From a virus (Duplodnaviria; Caudoviricetes): a DNA stretch of 34,066 nt. Both the position numbers and the translations under genes were made by a program. Each line of letters starts with the position of its first letter. Within the stretch, counting starts at the first letter, position 1. The stretch is from IMG/VR virus record IMGVR_UViG_3300049913_000045, positions 1-34,066 of that record; one strand, written 5' to 3'. Below are positions 24,056 to 34,066 of this stretch, piece by piece. Below the pieces are notes generated by a model. The model had not been told where the DNA came from and ran no database searches. It saw nothing but the letters and a program-made list of their open reading frames with translations.

Positions 24056-25353
24056 TGTCAATAGCCGATACCGTTACCGTTACAATTTCAGTGCAAGATG
24101 TCGCGCCAGCAATTGCCGATTTCGGCACGCCGTTGATTCTGGCTTATCACACGCATTTCGTGGGGGTTCGAACCTATGAGGCGAGTCCTACTGGTTTGGC
24201 AGCAATGGTTACCGACGGCTTCACAACGCATGATCCGGCGTATTACAAAGCCGCCGCGATTTGCAGTCAGAGCCCGCATACCGACAAATTTAAGGTTGCA
24301 AATCGCCTAGCGGCGAATGTGCAGACGTTCAAAATTACTCCGAAGTGGTATATGGTTGGCAGAACTATTTCAGTAGACGTGACCGTCGGCGGGGTAACCA
24401 CGGTCATTACTCGCACGCCAATCGGAGTGAGTCTGGCCGCTGAAGCCACAGCTTTGCAGGTGCTGCTTGACCCAATCAACGGTTTGACCGCAGTCGATTC
24501 AACCGGGTATGTTACATGCACAGCGACGGTGCCTGCGGTGCGGTGCTACCTGCGAAATATTGTGGGGCTGGATGTTGAGGACACTTCGGCGGACAACGGT
24601 ATTGCTGCGGACATCGCTGCTGCCTCAGCTGCTGATAACGACTGGTTTGGCTTGCTGATCGATAGCGAGTCGCCCGCTGAAATCACGTTGGCTGCTGCTT
24701 TTGCTTTGACCAACGAAAAGATCTTTGGGGCAATCTCCGCGGACGCATCTAACTTTACTGCCGCGGACGGCATTGCACACGACATCAAAGCGCTGATCAA
24801 CCACAACACGTACGTGATTGCTACTCGTGATACGCTTGGCTGCGCGGAGGCCGGCCTCATGGGTAGACAGTTCAGCCGCCGCCCGGGCAGCGACACGTGG
24901 GCGCACAAACAGATCTCGGGAGCAGTGGCGGACGGCCTGAGCGGTACAGAATTTTCCAACGCGAGAGCAAACGGAGCGATCACTTACGTCAATGACGGGG
25001 TCTCGCACACGTATGACGGTTTTGCTTGTAGTGGCCGGTACTTGGATATTGCGCGTGGAATCGCCTGGTTGCGGAGCAGCATCCGCATCGCGGTATTGAT
25101 CGTGCTGGTCAACAATGAAAAGATTGCGTTCACAAATGCCGGTGCTGCGCTAATAGAAGCGGCTCTCGCTGGTGTGTTGTCGCAGGGCGAATCCTACGGG
25201 CTCATCGCTCCCGGGTGGACCACGAGCAGACCGGACGTCTCAACGGTAGCCACATCTGACAAGTTGTCCCGCACATTCCCGGACATGAAATTTTCGGGGG
25301 TGCTGCAAGGAGCAATCCAAAAAGTCATTATCGACGGAACGTTGACCGTCTAA
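24055..25353 (+). CDS. Tail sheath (DUF3383-type)
   Basis: FGTPLIL, PGS.TWAHK, G.YLD..RG..WL, GAI.KV.I.G. Confidence 0.88.
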   Translation: MSIADTVTVTISVQDVAPAIADFGTPLILAYHTHFVGVRTYEASPTGLAAMVTDGFTTHDPAYYKAAAICSQSPHTDKFKVANRLAANVQTFKITPKWYMVGRTISVDVTVGGVTTVITRTPIGVSLAAEATALQVLLDPINGLTAVDSTGYVTCTATVPAVRCYLRNIVGLDVEDTSADNGIAADIAAASAADNDWFGLLIDSESPAEITLAAAFALTNEKIFGAISADASNFTAADGIAHDIKALINHNTYVIATRDTLGCAEAGLMGRQFSRRPGSDTWAHKQISGAVADGLSGTEFSNARANGAITYVNDGVSHTYDGFACSGRYLDIARGIAWLRSSIRIAVLIVLVNNEKIAFTNAGAALIEAALAGVLSQGESYGLIAPGWTTSRPDVSTVATSDKLSRTFPDMKFSGVLQGAIQKVIIDGTLTV

Positions 25354-25367
25354 GCAGGAGCTATTCA

Positions 25368-25805
25368 ATGCCAAGTTTCAAAGTTTACGATTCGAGAGCT
25401 ATTTCGCTCGTGCTTGTGGGCATCTCAATCACGGATGGCCTCGCCGATCCGTTCATCAAGATTGCCCCCAGGGGCGATGCGTACGAGGATGATATAGGCG
25501 TAGATGGAGAGGTGTGCCGATTCCCAACCAATGAGTGTCGCTATGACGTCGAAGTAACACTTAAGGGTTACTCGAGCCACAACCAGCAATTGGCGGATAT
25601 CCTCGCTGTGGACCGCGTAAGCACTGGCGGTGCTGGCGTGGGCGTGTTTTTGCTTAAGGACGAGAACGGAGCAACGATTCACGCCGGCGATAAGTGCTGG
25701 TTGGTCGGGAGTGCCCCGCAAGAGTTCGGAAAAAACAAGCCGGATTGTACTTGGAAATTAACGGTCTTAATGAAGCCGTACGCCACAATCGTCGGCGGTA
25801 ACTGA
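25368..25805 (+). CDS. Tail tube (DUF3277-type)
   Basis: KVYD, GVDGEV, S.HN..L, position after sheath. Confidence 0.82.
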   Translation: MPSFKVYDSRAISLVLVGISITDGLADPFIKIAPRGDAYEDDIGVDGEVCRFPTNECRYDVEVTLKGYSSHNQQLADILAVDRVSTGGAGVGVFLLKDENGATIHAGDKCWLVGSAPQEFGKNKPDCTWKLTVLMKPYATIVGGN

Positions 25806-25835
25806 TAGCGTCCCACACGGGGCAAGGACCAAACC

Positions 25836-26282
25836 ATGTCGACAACCTATGACTTCAAGATAGCGGGAAGTAGCTTCCGCTTGAACGGCCTTAAATTGCG
25901 CGATGCCCTTGCGGCCGAAGCTATTATCGTGCAGGTATTTTTTCCTGTGGGCGCTGCATTCGCGGGCGGGGTTAACGCGGACGCGCTGCGCACAGCATTG
26001 ACTGGCATCGGGGCACCGGTGCAGACGCTAGTCGATCTGTTTGCCCCCACATGCGAAGTAGACTGGCAAGGCAAGTGGGTGCCGCTTTCATCTTTTTTAG
26101 AACTCGTGTTCGAGCGTAAGACCACGAAACTGCTGGCTTGGTTGCTGCATTGCATCCAATGGCAGTACGCCGATTTTTTCGACGGGACTGGCCTGCCCCT
26201 GCTCACAGTGGCGGCGAGCCAATTTACTTCCCTGATTGGATTGACTGGCGCATCTGGCGGGTCGCAACCAGCGATAAAATAA
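25836..26282 (+). CDS. Tail assembly chaperone (G)
   Basis: Between tube and TMP; ..QYADFF motif. Confidence 0.75.
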   Translation: MSTTYDFKIAGSSFRLNGLKLRDALAAEAIIVQVFFPVGAAFAGGVNADALRTALTGIGAPVQTLVDLFAPTCEVDWQGKWVPLSSFLELVFERKTTKLLAWLLHCIQWQYADFFDGTGLPLLTVAASQFTSLIGLTGASGGSQPAIK

Positions 26283-26401
26283 AGGACGGGCTGCACACGA
26301 TACTGAAACACTGGACAATCATCGATCTCTATGAAGCGCACACGGTTCTGAACGCTATTGAAGCGGCGGAAGCACGCGCTTCCAGGACACCGAATGTATA
26401 A
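26174..26401 (+). CDS. Tail assembly chaperone GT extension via -1 frameshift
   Basis: Slippery T-TTT-TTC at 26174-26180; -1 frame gives FFRRDW...WRIWRV...WTIIDLYEAH. Confidence 0.75.
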   Translation, partial: FFRRDWPAPAHSGGEPIYFPDWIDWRIWRVATSDKIKDGLHTILKHWTIIDLYEAHTVLNAIEAAEARASRTPNV

Positions 26402-26412
26402 GCGAGGCGATT

Positions 26413-28476
26413 GTGGCCCTTCGTGAGCTGTTTGCAAAATTCACTTTTGATTTCGATCAAGCCAAGATAGATCAAATCACGAAGGTAACGCAGGCCGCGG
26501 AACAAAAGGTCGCGGGGCTAGCTGCCGCATTCGCTCCTGCGGGGCAGGCGATTGGGGCCGTGACGACACCGCTCGCGCAGGTTGGCGCGCAGTTGAGTTT
26601 GTTCAGCACGGAAGCGACCGCGGCGTTTGGAGGCATGGCTTCCGGGTCGGTTGGTGCGGCCGATGCGTTGCGTGGGACCGCTGCTGCCGAAACCGAGCTC
26701 GGCGCCCGCGCCAGCGCGACTGAGGCCAACTTAAAACGCCTACACAGCGCTGAAACGAAAGTCGCTGTTGGCGCAGGAGGTATGAAAGTCGCGTTCGGGC
26801 AAGCGCTAGCTGCGTTCGGAGTTTTTGGCGGCGCGTTGGGGGCTGTGTTTGCTGGGCGCGCTATGAAGGAGTCTATCGAGAACGAGATCAAAATGGCCGC
26901 TGAATTTGATCCGTTGTCGCGTAAGACCGGCATGGGCGCGGAAGCGTTACAAGCGATGGGCGCGTACGCGCAGCACGCTGATGTTGATTTTAACATACTT
27001 ACAACATCATTAACAGAGCTGACAAAGAATGTGGGCTTGTTCGCAGCCGGTGCACCAACCAGGCTTAGCGGAGTTTTTAAAGCATTGAAGATCGGCGTCA
27101 AAGACGTCAAGGGCATGGCGCCAGAAGACCTCTTCTGGAAGATCGGCAAGGGCATCGCCTCAATTGCGGACCCGACTCAAAAACTAGCTTTCGCGCAGCG
27201 CGTGTTTGGCGAGTCTGGCGCCCTCATGCTGGAAATGTTCCACGGCACCCCCGCGGAAATCGAGGCCAATAAAAAAGCGTACGAAGAATTGGGCGTGGTC
27301 TATTCAGAGACGTTCGTACAAAAAGCGGATGCCGCCGAAAAGAAAATGGAGCTGTTCAGCGTGCAGCTGCATAAGATCAAGGTCAATCTGATAACCGGAT
27401 TGCTTCCCGCGATCACATGGGGTGCCGGCAAATTGATTAAATTCGGGGTGGCTGTCGCCAAAGTGAGTGAGCGCACGCGAATCTTTCAGGGGGCATTCAT
27501 TTCCGGCGGTTGGATGCTATTCATGAAACTGCTGGGACGCATGGCGCTCGGCGGCGGCGGCGTTGCTGGCGCATTAAAGAAGATCTTCCCGTTTCTGATG
27601 CGCATGGCAAGGGTGCTCGCGCCGTGGCTCGCTTGGACGTTAATCCTCGACGATATCATGGTTTTCTTGCGCGGGGGCGACTCCGCGCTGGGGCGATTCC
27701 TTGAGACCATGTTTGGCGCCGGCACTGCGGCGGCAGTGCTGCAGACGATCGAGGAAGGGTGGGAGAGCATCAAAACGGCTATTGTTAACGCGGTGCAAAC
27801 GGTCCGCGATTGGGTAGGCGGGCTTGACAGCGATGGCAAACGAATCGTTGCGATCTTGATCGGCGTTGGGCTTGCGGGAGCGGCCGGGTTGATGCCGCTA
27901 TACAGAGCGTTGTTGCGCATTACAGTTGCATTTATTGCGGGCATTGTACGGGCCATCGGTTACGGGGCATCGCTGATCGCGACCGGTATTAGCGCAGGCA
28001 TCGCCTCCGGCGGCATGTGGGCGTTCGCCGCTGCTGCTATAGCTGCCGGTGCAGCGGTAGCCGGTATCGCGCTCGCACTCGATCAAGCGGTCAAATTACT
28101 AACCGCGGTCGGCGGTTGGGAGGCATTGGGCAAAGGCGTCAAGAGTTTTCTTGCCGGTCGCGGATTTTTCACCGGCGTCGATGAGGCCGCAAACGAAAAG
28201 GCGCGAGCCTCGGCAAAGAAAAGGGGCGCTGCTGTACCGTTCAGCATGGTTCCAGCGGCGGCCGCAATCGGCGGTGTCCCGCCCATGCTTGCGCGCAATC
28301 CAGTCGTAGGGGGCGCCCTAACAATCAACGACAATCGCAGTGTCGAGATCACAGTGCCCGCAAACGCGAGCCCGGCGCAAACCGGCAGTGTCATAGCAGC
28401 AGCGGTGCAAAAGGCGCAGCCTGCGCCAAATTTGAAAGCAATCCAAGCGGCGCTCGCAGGAGCACCACATGGCTGA
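26413..28476 (+). CDS. Tape measure protein
   Basis: 687 aa, Ala/Gly-rich helical, follows the chaperone. Confidence 0.88.
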   Translation: MALRELFAKFTFDFDQAKIDQITKVTQAAEQKVAGLAAAFAPAGQAIGAVTTPLAQVGAQLSLFSTEATAAFGGMASGSVGAADALRGTAAAETELGARASATEANLKRLHSAETKVAVGAGGMKVAFGQALAAFGVFGGALGAVFAGRAMKESIENEIKMAAEFDPLSRKTGMGAEALQAMGAYAQHADVDFNILTTSLTELTKNVGLFAAGAPTRLSGVFKALKIGVKDVKGMAPEDLFWKIGKGIASIADPTQKLAFAQRVFGESGALMLEMFHGTPAEIEANKKAYEELGVVYSETFVQKADAAEKKMELFSVQLHKIKVNLITGLLPAITWGAGKLIKFGVAVAKVSERTRIFQGAFISGGWMLFMKLLGRMALGGGGVAGALKKIFPFLMRMARVLAPWLAWTLILDDIMVFLRGGDSALGRFLETMFGAGTAAAVLQTIEEGWESIKTAIVNAVQTVRDWVGGLDSDGKRIVAILIGVGLAGAAGLMPLYRALLRITVAFIAGIVRAIGYGASLIATGISAGIASGGMWAFAAAAIAAGAAVAGIALALDQAVKLLTAVGGWEALGKGVKSFLAGRGFFTGVDEAANEKARASAKKRGAAVPFSMVPAAAAIGGVPPMLARNPVVGGALTINDNRSVEITVPANASPAQTGSVIAAAVQKAQPAPNLKAIQAALAGAPHG

Positions 28477-28508
28477 GCTATCCAAGCAACAAGATGGGCT
28501 GTACGACA

Positions 28509-29231
28509 ATGGCTGACTGGATGACCTGGGACGGCGGCGCGTTGACCGCGGACGTTGTGACTGACATTTCCGCGGAGCATTCAGCCGAGGTCACCAAGCA
28601 CCCGATTGAGGACGGATCTACAATAGCAGATCATGTCGCCGTCAACCCGCCCACAGTGTCCTTCGAATTCTCACAGTCCGTGCAGCCACTCAAAGACGCC
28701 GATCTGAAATGGCAAAGAACGCCAATCAAAGTCCGCGAAAGCCAATTTAGGCCGGAAGGGTTGCTCGCTCTGACCATGCTCGCCGGTGCCGCAGTCGGCG
28801 CGTTGACGAATGCAATCGGACTGACGTCGAGCAACGAACTCAAAACGTGGACGTTGACGGCCAAAGAAGACAAAGATCGAATCCACGAATTGCACGATGC
28901 CTTGATCGCGGTGTTGACCAAAGCCAAGAAAGTCGCCTTTGCCTATCAGGGTCTTGTGCTCTCCGACTACATCTTGACCGCTGTCAAGTACCACCGGGGT
29001 AACAAGGAAGGCGGACTGTGCCGATTTAACATCGAGGCTGAGCACATCGACGTGGTAAAAACAGCATCCAGCTCGCTCATCCCGGGTGCTGCGATGGGTG
29101 CCCTGAGCGGCGTGATACGTGCCTTGCCGTTAGTGCACAAAGGTGACCAGAACGTCGAGAAGAAGGAGAAAGAGGTAGTCGAGAAAAGCGTGTTTGCGAG
29201 CGCCTTAGACAGGGCGCGGGGAGGTTTGTGA
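28509..29231 (+). CDS. Baseplate/tube initiator (Dit-like)
   Basis: EH.AEVTKHPIE.GS.IADH...P. Confidence 0.8.
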   Translation: MADWMTWDGGALTADVVTDISAEHSAEVTKHPIEDGSTIADHVAVNPPTVSFEFSQSVQPLKDADLKWQRTPIKVRESQFRPEGLLALTMLAGAAVGALTNAIGLTSSNELKTWTLTAKEDKDRIHELHDALIAVLTKAKKVAFAYQGLVLSDYILTAVKYHRGNKEGGLCRFNIEAEHIDVVKTASSSLIPGAAMGALSGVIRALPLVHKGDQNVEKKEKEVVEKSVFASALDRARGGL

Positions 29232-29560
29232 TGCTGCTCATACCAACAGTGTCGGACGGGTCTCTTTTTGAATACATTGAAACGGTCGCGCTTGACGGCA
29301 CCGCATACGCGATCAAATTGTCTTGGAACGAGCAGCTTGATCACTGGGTACTGAGTCTAGCCGCCGCCAACGGCGACCCGATCGTCAACGGCAAAATGGT
29401 AATCAACGGCACCGACTTCCTGCGCGGTTGCACGGTTGCGGGGCGCCCGCCCGGCGCATTGCTCGCGGTACCATTGGACGGGGTCAACGAGCACGCAGGA
29501 TTCACAGGGCTCGGGTCTCGGGTGGAGCTCTATTACCGAGAATTGGCAGAGGCAACATGA
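29228..29560 (+). CDS. Baseplate plug-family protein
   Basis: LDG..Y....WN....W.L; LYY. Confidence 0.75.
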   Translation: MMLLIPTVSDGSLFEYIETVALDGTAYAIKLSWNEQLDHWVLSLAAANGDPIVNGKMVINGTDFLRGCTVAGRPPGALLAVPLDGVNEHAGFTGLGSRVELYYRELAEAT

Positions 29561-30441
29561 CAACTCAATTCGACCGTGCGATTGCGCTGGACGTTGGCGA
29601 TGGGTTTGCTGGATTTGCGATCAAGAGCACGAGCAACCTGCGCGTAACTTTCGAAGTCGAACGTGATGAAAAGTCCTGGCCGAACACGGCCGTGATCAAA
29701 GTCTACAACCTGAATCCCGATCACCGCGGGGCTCTTGCCGCGCTGCAAGGCGTGCCGTGCAGACTCCAAGCCGGCTACAGAGACGGCATGGGCACCGTGT
29801 TTGACGGCATGCTGCGCGACGCAATTAGCACGCACGAGCCTCCTGATTGGGTCACAGCATTGCAAGCCGGAGATGGCGAGCTGGACAAAAATGGCGAAAC
29901 GATAGCGGGTAAGTCGGTCAGGAAAACGTGGAGTAAGGGCACGCCGATTTTTCAGATTCTGATTGATTTCGCCGCAGCTCTGAACGTGGACCTCGGCAAT
30001 GTCCCAACCATGGGCGCTGCTGCGCGGCTTAGTACAGGGCCCGCATTGCTGGTATCTTTTGGCGTGGACGGACCGGCGCTAGATGAATTTATTTATTTCA
30101 TGCGTTCCGCGCGGATGCCCTGGAGCATCCAAGGCGGCAAGTTGCAGGTGCGTCCAGCGCCAGAAATCCCCGCTTCCGTCGGCCCTCTGATCGCCAAAGA
30201 AACCGGCATGATTGGCATGATTGAAACGTCTACAGAGAAAGTGAAGCGTTTCAACAAAACAAAGACGATCAAGGTCTGCAAGGGTAAGACGCTGCTCAAC
30301 GCCAATCTGATTCCTGGCCAAATGTGTTTGTTGAAAAGCAGCAACGTCACTGGAAACATTCAGCTAACCAAAGTCAAGCAAGTCGGCGATACCGGCGGGC
30401 AAGAATGGTATTCCGAATTCGAGGCAATTTACGGTGTCTGA
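29557..30441 (+). CDS. Baseplate hub
   Basis: PN.A.I.VYNLN, LQAGY, WSIQ.G, GDT.G.EWY. Confidence 0.82.
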   Translation: MTTQFDRAIALDVGDGFAGFAIKSTSNLRVTFEVERDEKSWPNTAVIKVYNLNPDHRGALAALQGVPCRLQAGYRDGMGTVFDGMLRDAISTHEPPDWVTALQAGDGELDKNGETIAGKSVRKTWSKGTPIFQILIDFAAALNVDLGNVPTMGAAARLSTGPALLVSFGVDGPALDEFIYFMRSARMPWSIQGGKLQVRPAPEIPASVGPLIAKETGMIGMIETSTEKVKRFNKTKTIKVCKGKTLLNANLIPGQMCLLKSSNVTGNIQLTKVKQVGDTGGQEWYSEFEAIYGV

Positions 30442-31093
30442 CGTATCCTGGCCCGAACTGTTGCACGGCGCTATTGCGCGTGCACTCGACGGCGTGCACA
30501 CTTCGATTCCAGCTGTGGTCAAGTCCTACTTGCCGCTGCTGCAACAAATCGCTGTGGAGCCTGTAATCGAGGGCATGCCGTCCCTCGAGGATGTGCCCGT
30601 GCTGTGGCCGCGCGGTGGTGGTTACATGCTGCACTTGCCAATCGAAGCCGGTGACTGGGTGCTTCTCACATTCTGTGAGGCCGATTTTTCCCCGTGGCGT
30701 TTAAGCGGTGATGTGATGGCTCCTGCCATGCTCAAGCGTCATGGGCTTTTTGCTTATGCGATTCCCGGGGCAGCTCCTGACATTGCCCCCTTGCTGGTGC
30801 CCAGCCTGCTCAGCGGCGCCGCGCTCGGGGAGGACAGCCTAACCGGCACGGTAGTGCAAGTGGCGAGCGGCAAGTGCACTGTGGGCCTGCCGTTGGCCGT
30901 GCCACAGCTGCCGGTGGTGACGGCGCTAGAGCTGACTACATTGCTAGGACTACTTAAAACAGCGTTTAACGCGGCGCAAGCCGCATCGGTGTGTCCGCCG
31001 AACGGACCGGACGCTGCGTGGTCGGTCCTCAACGCGGCACTTTCAAGTTGGGGTAGCGCGGTCGGTAGCACCGTGCTAGGAGTCACGTCGTGA
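30434..31093 (+). CDS. Baseplate spike (Gp138-like)
   Basis: HTSIPA.V..Y, DVPV..P.GGG, P...GD..LL.F. Confidence 0.82.
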   Translation: MSDVSWPELLHGAIARALDGVHTSIPAVVKSYLPLLQQIAVEPVIEGMPSLEDVPVLWPRGGGYMLHLPIEAGDWVLLTFCEADFSPWRLSGDVMAPAMLKRHGLFAYAIPGAAPDIAPLLVPSLLSGAALGEDSLTGTVVQVASGKCTVGLPLAVPQLPVVTALELTTLLGLLKTAFNAAQAASVCPPNGPDAAWSVLNAALSSWGSAVGSTVLGVTS

Positions 31094-31458
31094 CCGCAGG
31101 CTTCCAGATCCCGGGCGACCTTGCCATTTCGGCGGACGGGCGACATTTCCTGCTCTGGCAAGGAGCTGAAGAAATTGCCAATCGGATCAATGTTGGAATA
31201 CAGACATTCTACGGCACCTGGATTTACGACAGGTCCAAAGGCGTCAAGTACATGCAGGGAATATTCGAAAAACCGCAATCGGCCGGGCTGGCTCTACTCC
31301 GGGCCGAAGTGTGGAGGGTTGTTGCCGAAACCGCCGGCGTGGGGGGCGTGGACAAAGTAACGCTTGCATTTGATCCGATTGAGAGGCAAGCTACTGTGGC
31401 TTGGCAGGCGCACACCGAAGGCGGAGAGCCATTAGCCAGTGAAGTGATAATACAATGA
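31090..31458 (+). CDS. gp25-like sheath initiator
   Basis: GDL, TF.G.W..D...GV.Y. Confidence 0.75.
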   Translation: MTAGFQIPGDLAISADGRHFLLWQGAEEIANRINVGIQTFYGTWIYDRSKGVKYMQGIFEKPQSAGLALLRAEVWRVVAETAGVGGVDKVTLAFDPIERQATVAWQAHTEGGEPLASEVIIQ

Positions 31459-31643
31459 AGATTTACAAGAATCTCAAGAAATGCCCACACTGCGGCGAAA
31501 AGACGCATCACTATATACACGGCCGCGGCGAGACGCGGCTGGTTGATGTTTGGCCGGGCTCGCACCATAAGTTAATGTGTCCGCGATTTGTGTACGCGGA
31601 CACCGAATTATATCTAGCGCTAGCGGCTCTGGCTGGGAAATGA
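31455..31643 (+). CDS. Small Zn-ribbon-like protein
   Basis: CPHC...H..C; ATGA overlaps on both sides. Confidence 0.6.
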   Translation: MKIYKNLKKCPHCGEKTHHYIHGRGETRLVDVWPGSHHKLMCPRFVYADTELYLALAALAGK

Positions 31644-32809
31644 CAACGATCTATGGCCTAACAGATACCGGTTTCGTGCGCAAAACGTACGCCGATATTA
31701 TCAGAGACATCGAAGCGTGGCAACGCGACAGAATTAGTAGTAAACTCGACCTTTCTGAGCGAACCGTGCTCGGCAACATCAATGCGATCGTCTCGGAGGA
31801 GCTCGCCCAAGCCTGGGAAACGCTTGAAGCGGCGGCTGGTGCGCTGGACCCTGATACCGCTGTTGAAATGCTGTTAATTGGACTGTGCAAGCTGACCGGG
31901 GTCGTACGTGCGGGAGCGACTGCGGGCAAAGTCGCGGGCGTGCAACTTACATTTGATCGCGCAACTGGACCCATCGCAATAGGAGCGTTGCTGCTATCCG
32001 TATCGGGAGCGGCCGCCAACCTGTGGAGCAACGACACCGAAATCACAGCGCCGGCCGACAGCGTGCAAACATGCGCATTTACCAGCGTTGGCACTGGCAG
32101 TACCTACGCCGCAGCCGCCGATACATTGACGACAATTACAACGCCTATTTTGGGATTGGTGGCCGCAAACAATCCGATCGAAGCGGAGCCTGGCACTGAT
32201 GTGCAGTCGCTCGACAGCCTGCGCACCGCGCGAGAAGTTTCTCTCGCCGCAACCGGACGCGGCACTGTGTCCGCGATTGCCGCTGCCGTGCGCGCGGTCC
32301 CCGGCGTGATTGACGCGCGCGTGTTCGAAAACGACACCGCTGTCACGGTTGGAAGCCTTCCGCCGAATTCGATTCGCCCGGTCATTTGGGACGGATCTGG
32401 CTTGGCCGCAACCAACGCAGCATTAGCCGCTGCAATTTACGCAGCAAAAGGCGACGGGACTGCCACAAGCGGCGGAACCGCGCAAGGAACTCCGGACCCG
32501 TGGGGAGCGACGAAATACATGCATTTCGATCGAGCCACCGCCGTCAACGTTTACGTTTCCGTGACAGTAGTTGGGGGTACACCAGTCGCGGTCAAAGCGG
32601 CTCTGATTGCAGCCCACACTGAGACAATTGACAACGACGTGCTGTACGCGTCACTAGTTTCGGCGGCATTCCGCACGATTGGAGTGACTAACGTGACGAC
32701 GTTGACGCTCGGCACAACGCCAGCTCCCGGCGGAACCGCCGACATTGCGATTACCTCTGATCAGGTCGGCTTGCTGGATGACAGCCGAATCGCGGTAACG
32801 ATCACATGA
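31640..32809 (+). CDS. Baseplate J-like wedge protein
   Basis: YGLT.TGF.RK, DP..A, V.GV....VFEN.T, FDR. Confidence 0.9.
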   Translation: MTTIYGLTDTGFVRKTYADIIRDIEAWQRDRISSKLDLSERTVLGNINAIVSEELAQAWETLEAAAGALDPDTAVEMLLIGLCKLTGVVRAGATAGKVAGVQLTFDRATGPIAIGALLLSVSGAAANLWSNDTEITAPADSVQTCAFTSVGTGSTYAAAADTLTTITTPILGLVAANNPIEAEPGTDVQSLDSLRTAREVSLAATGRGTVSAIAAAVRAVPGVIDARVFENDTAVTVGSLPPNSIRPVIWDGSGLAATNAALAAAIYAAKGDGTATSGGTAQGTPDPWGATKYMHFDRATAVNVYVSVTVVGGTPVAVKAALIAAHTETIDNDVLYASLVSAAFRTIGVTNVTTLTLGTTPAPGGTADIAITSDQVGLLDDSRIAVTIT

Positions 32810-33372
32810 CAGCACTGCAGCACCTAGAGAGTCACAACGCAGGCATTTTGAAGCTGGTGCCCCCGCTGTGGGGCAAGCCAAGAATAGCGGCATGGTTGTT
32901 CGGCTATTTAGCCGAAGTCCAAGCGCTGGAAGATGCGATTTGGTCTTATGTGTCAGGCTTGGATGTTGATACCGCCGGTCGATTTGCGCTTGAAGGATTG
33001 GCCAAAATCGTTGGCGAGCCTCGGCGCCCAGCCAACACAGAAACGCTGCGCACATACGTGCAAGCGCGCATCGCGGTAAATCGCAGCGACGGAACGCCGG
33101 CTGCTCTGGCCGCGGTGCTGGCACTGTTAACGCACGGCGCAGTAGCAGTATTTTCTGGACTGCATGAAATTCGAGTGCTACAACTTACTTTGCCGAATCC
33201 CGCAGATGTTGACGCCGCTGTTGAATTATTGGATGATGCCGCAAAAGGCGGTGTGCGTGCTGTTTGGCTTACCAACGCGGGAGCCGGCGGCTGTGCGCGA
33301 CCCGGCCACGGAGAAACACCGGACAACACGCGAAGGCGCGGGCTAGTACCAAGGAGCGACTATCATGGTTGA
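32806..33372 (+). CDS. Baseplate wedge protein (DUF2612/gpI-like)
   Basis: Q.LED, A....L..L.KIVG..R, ARI..N.S.GT. Confidence 0.8.
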   Translation: MTALQHLESHNAGILKLVPPLWGKPRIAAWLFGYLAEVQALEDAIWSYVSGLDVDTAGRFALEGLAKIVGEPRRPANTETLRTYVQARIAVNRSDGTPAALAAVLALLTHGAVAVFSGLHEIRVLQLTLPNPADVDAAVELLDDAAKGGVRAVWLTNAGAGGCARPGHGETPDNTRRRGLVPRSDYHG

Positions 33373-34066
33373 CCGAATTTGGGCGAGCGATGAATTTTAC
33401 GAGGATGGTACTACACCGACAAAGGTGGAGGTGTCGGCCGCTTTAGCCGCCAAGGGGCACCGCCCCGACGCAGCCAATTGCAGCGCACAAGAGGAGAATT
33501 GGCTGTTAAACGCACTCACTACGCGAATCGACGCGTTGCCTGTCATTAGTGTACACCTCGTTTCTGGCACGTGGACCAAACCGGAGAATGCTAAATTTAT
33601 CGAGATTATCGTGGTTGGGTGGGGACGTCCCGGCGGTGGTACAACATACGGCGGCGGAGGCGGCGGCGGAGCGAGCGGTTGTATCCTTCAGCGACGTCTG
33701 CCAGCATCTCAGGTGCCGGCCACGTTAACTGTGACCATACCCACGACGTATTACGGCGGTAATACCTCGGTGATTGAAGCGCAATTCTACGTCGGCGAAG
33801 CATTTACTGGCACGGGTGCTGGTAATTCCACGACCGACGACGGCGGAGCCGGCGGAACGAACACAGCTGAAGGAGGACATGCGGGGGGCTATGGCGGCAG
33901 CGCGGGCGTGACCTATGGTGAGGATGGCAGTCCTGGCGCGCTGGGCTATTGCTCGCTACAATCGACCGGGGGCATAGGTGGCACATATCCGGCTACGCCG
34001 CATGGACAAGGAGGCTCGGGAGGAAAGGGATATGGTGGTGGAGGCGGCGGTCGCGGAGGATCTGGT
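33365..34066 (+). CDS. Gly-rich tail fibre protein (3'-truncated; absent from the ORF track)
   Basis: AAGGAG RBS; MVDRIWAS...AQEENW...SGTWTKP..AK.I.I.VVG...GGGGGG; open to the window end. Confidence 0.82.
   Translation, partial: MVDRIWASDEFYEDGTTPTKVEVSAALAAKGHRPDAANCSAQEENWLLNALTTRIDALPVISVHLVSGTWTKPENAKFIEIIVVGWGRPGGGTTYGGGGGGGASGCILQRRLPASQVPATLTVTIPTTYYGGNTSVIEAQFYVGEAFTGTGAGNSTTDDGGAGGTNTAEGGHAGGYGGSAGVTYGEDGSPGALGYCSLQSTGGIGGTYPATPHGQGGSGGKGYGGGGGGRGGSG

Larger units (their letters stand above)
1..34066. mobile_element. Tailed phage/prophage segment, contractile-tail (Caudoviricetes, myovirus-type)
   Basis: Colinear TerS-TerL-portal-MuF-protease-capsid-neck-sheath-tube-TAC-TMP-baseplate-fibre genes with many ATGA/GTGA overlaps; no host housekeeping genes. 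Confidence 0.97.

Overview
About 34 kb of a GC-rich (roughly 60%) tailed-phage or prophage genome with contractile-tail (myovirus-type) morphogenesis genes. Gly-rich 'DAGTGG..TGG' lipoprotein linkers hint at a myxobacterial host (inference). 1-1.6 kb holds a 5'-truncated metallophosphoesterase, a membrane protein and an HExxH protein. 1.5-7.4 kb is a divergent accessory region around an AT-rich island, with two paralogous Cys-x-x repeat genes, two related leftward promoters and three copies of a conserved hairpin element whose flanks are rearranged. 7.4-9.2 kb is a putative head-spike module ending in a 6 x 123-bp YVTN-type beta-propeller with variation focused at a few codons. 9.4-12.1 kb is a lysis-like cassette (membrane protein, lipoprotein, papain-like C1 peptidase, CHAP/NlpC-like enzyme). 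12.3-16.2 kb holds TerS, an adenine MTase, an Orn-like exonuclease and TerL. 16.3-34 kb holds portal, a MuF-ADP-ribosyltransferase fusion, protease/scaffold, capsid, neck, sheath, tube, G/GT chaperone, tape measure, baseplate and a 3'-truncated Gly-rich tail fibre. I saw no integrase, reverse transcriptase, tRNA or CRISPR array. All family calls come from motif recognition by eye, not database searches.
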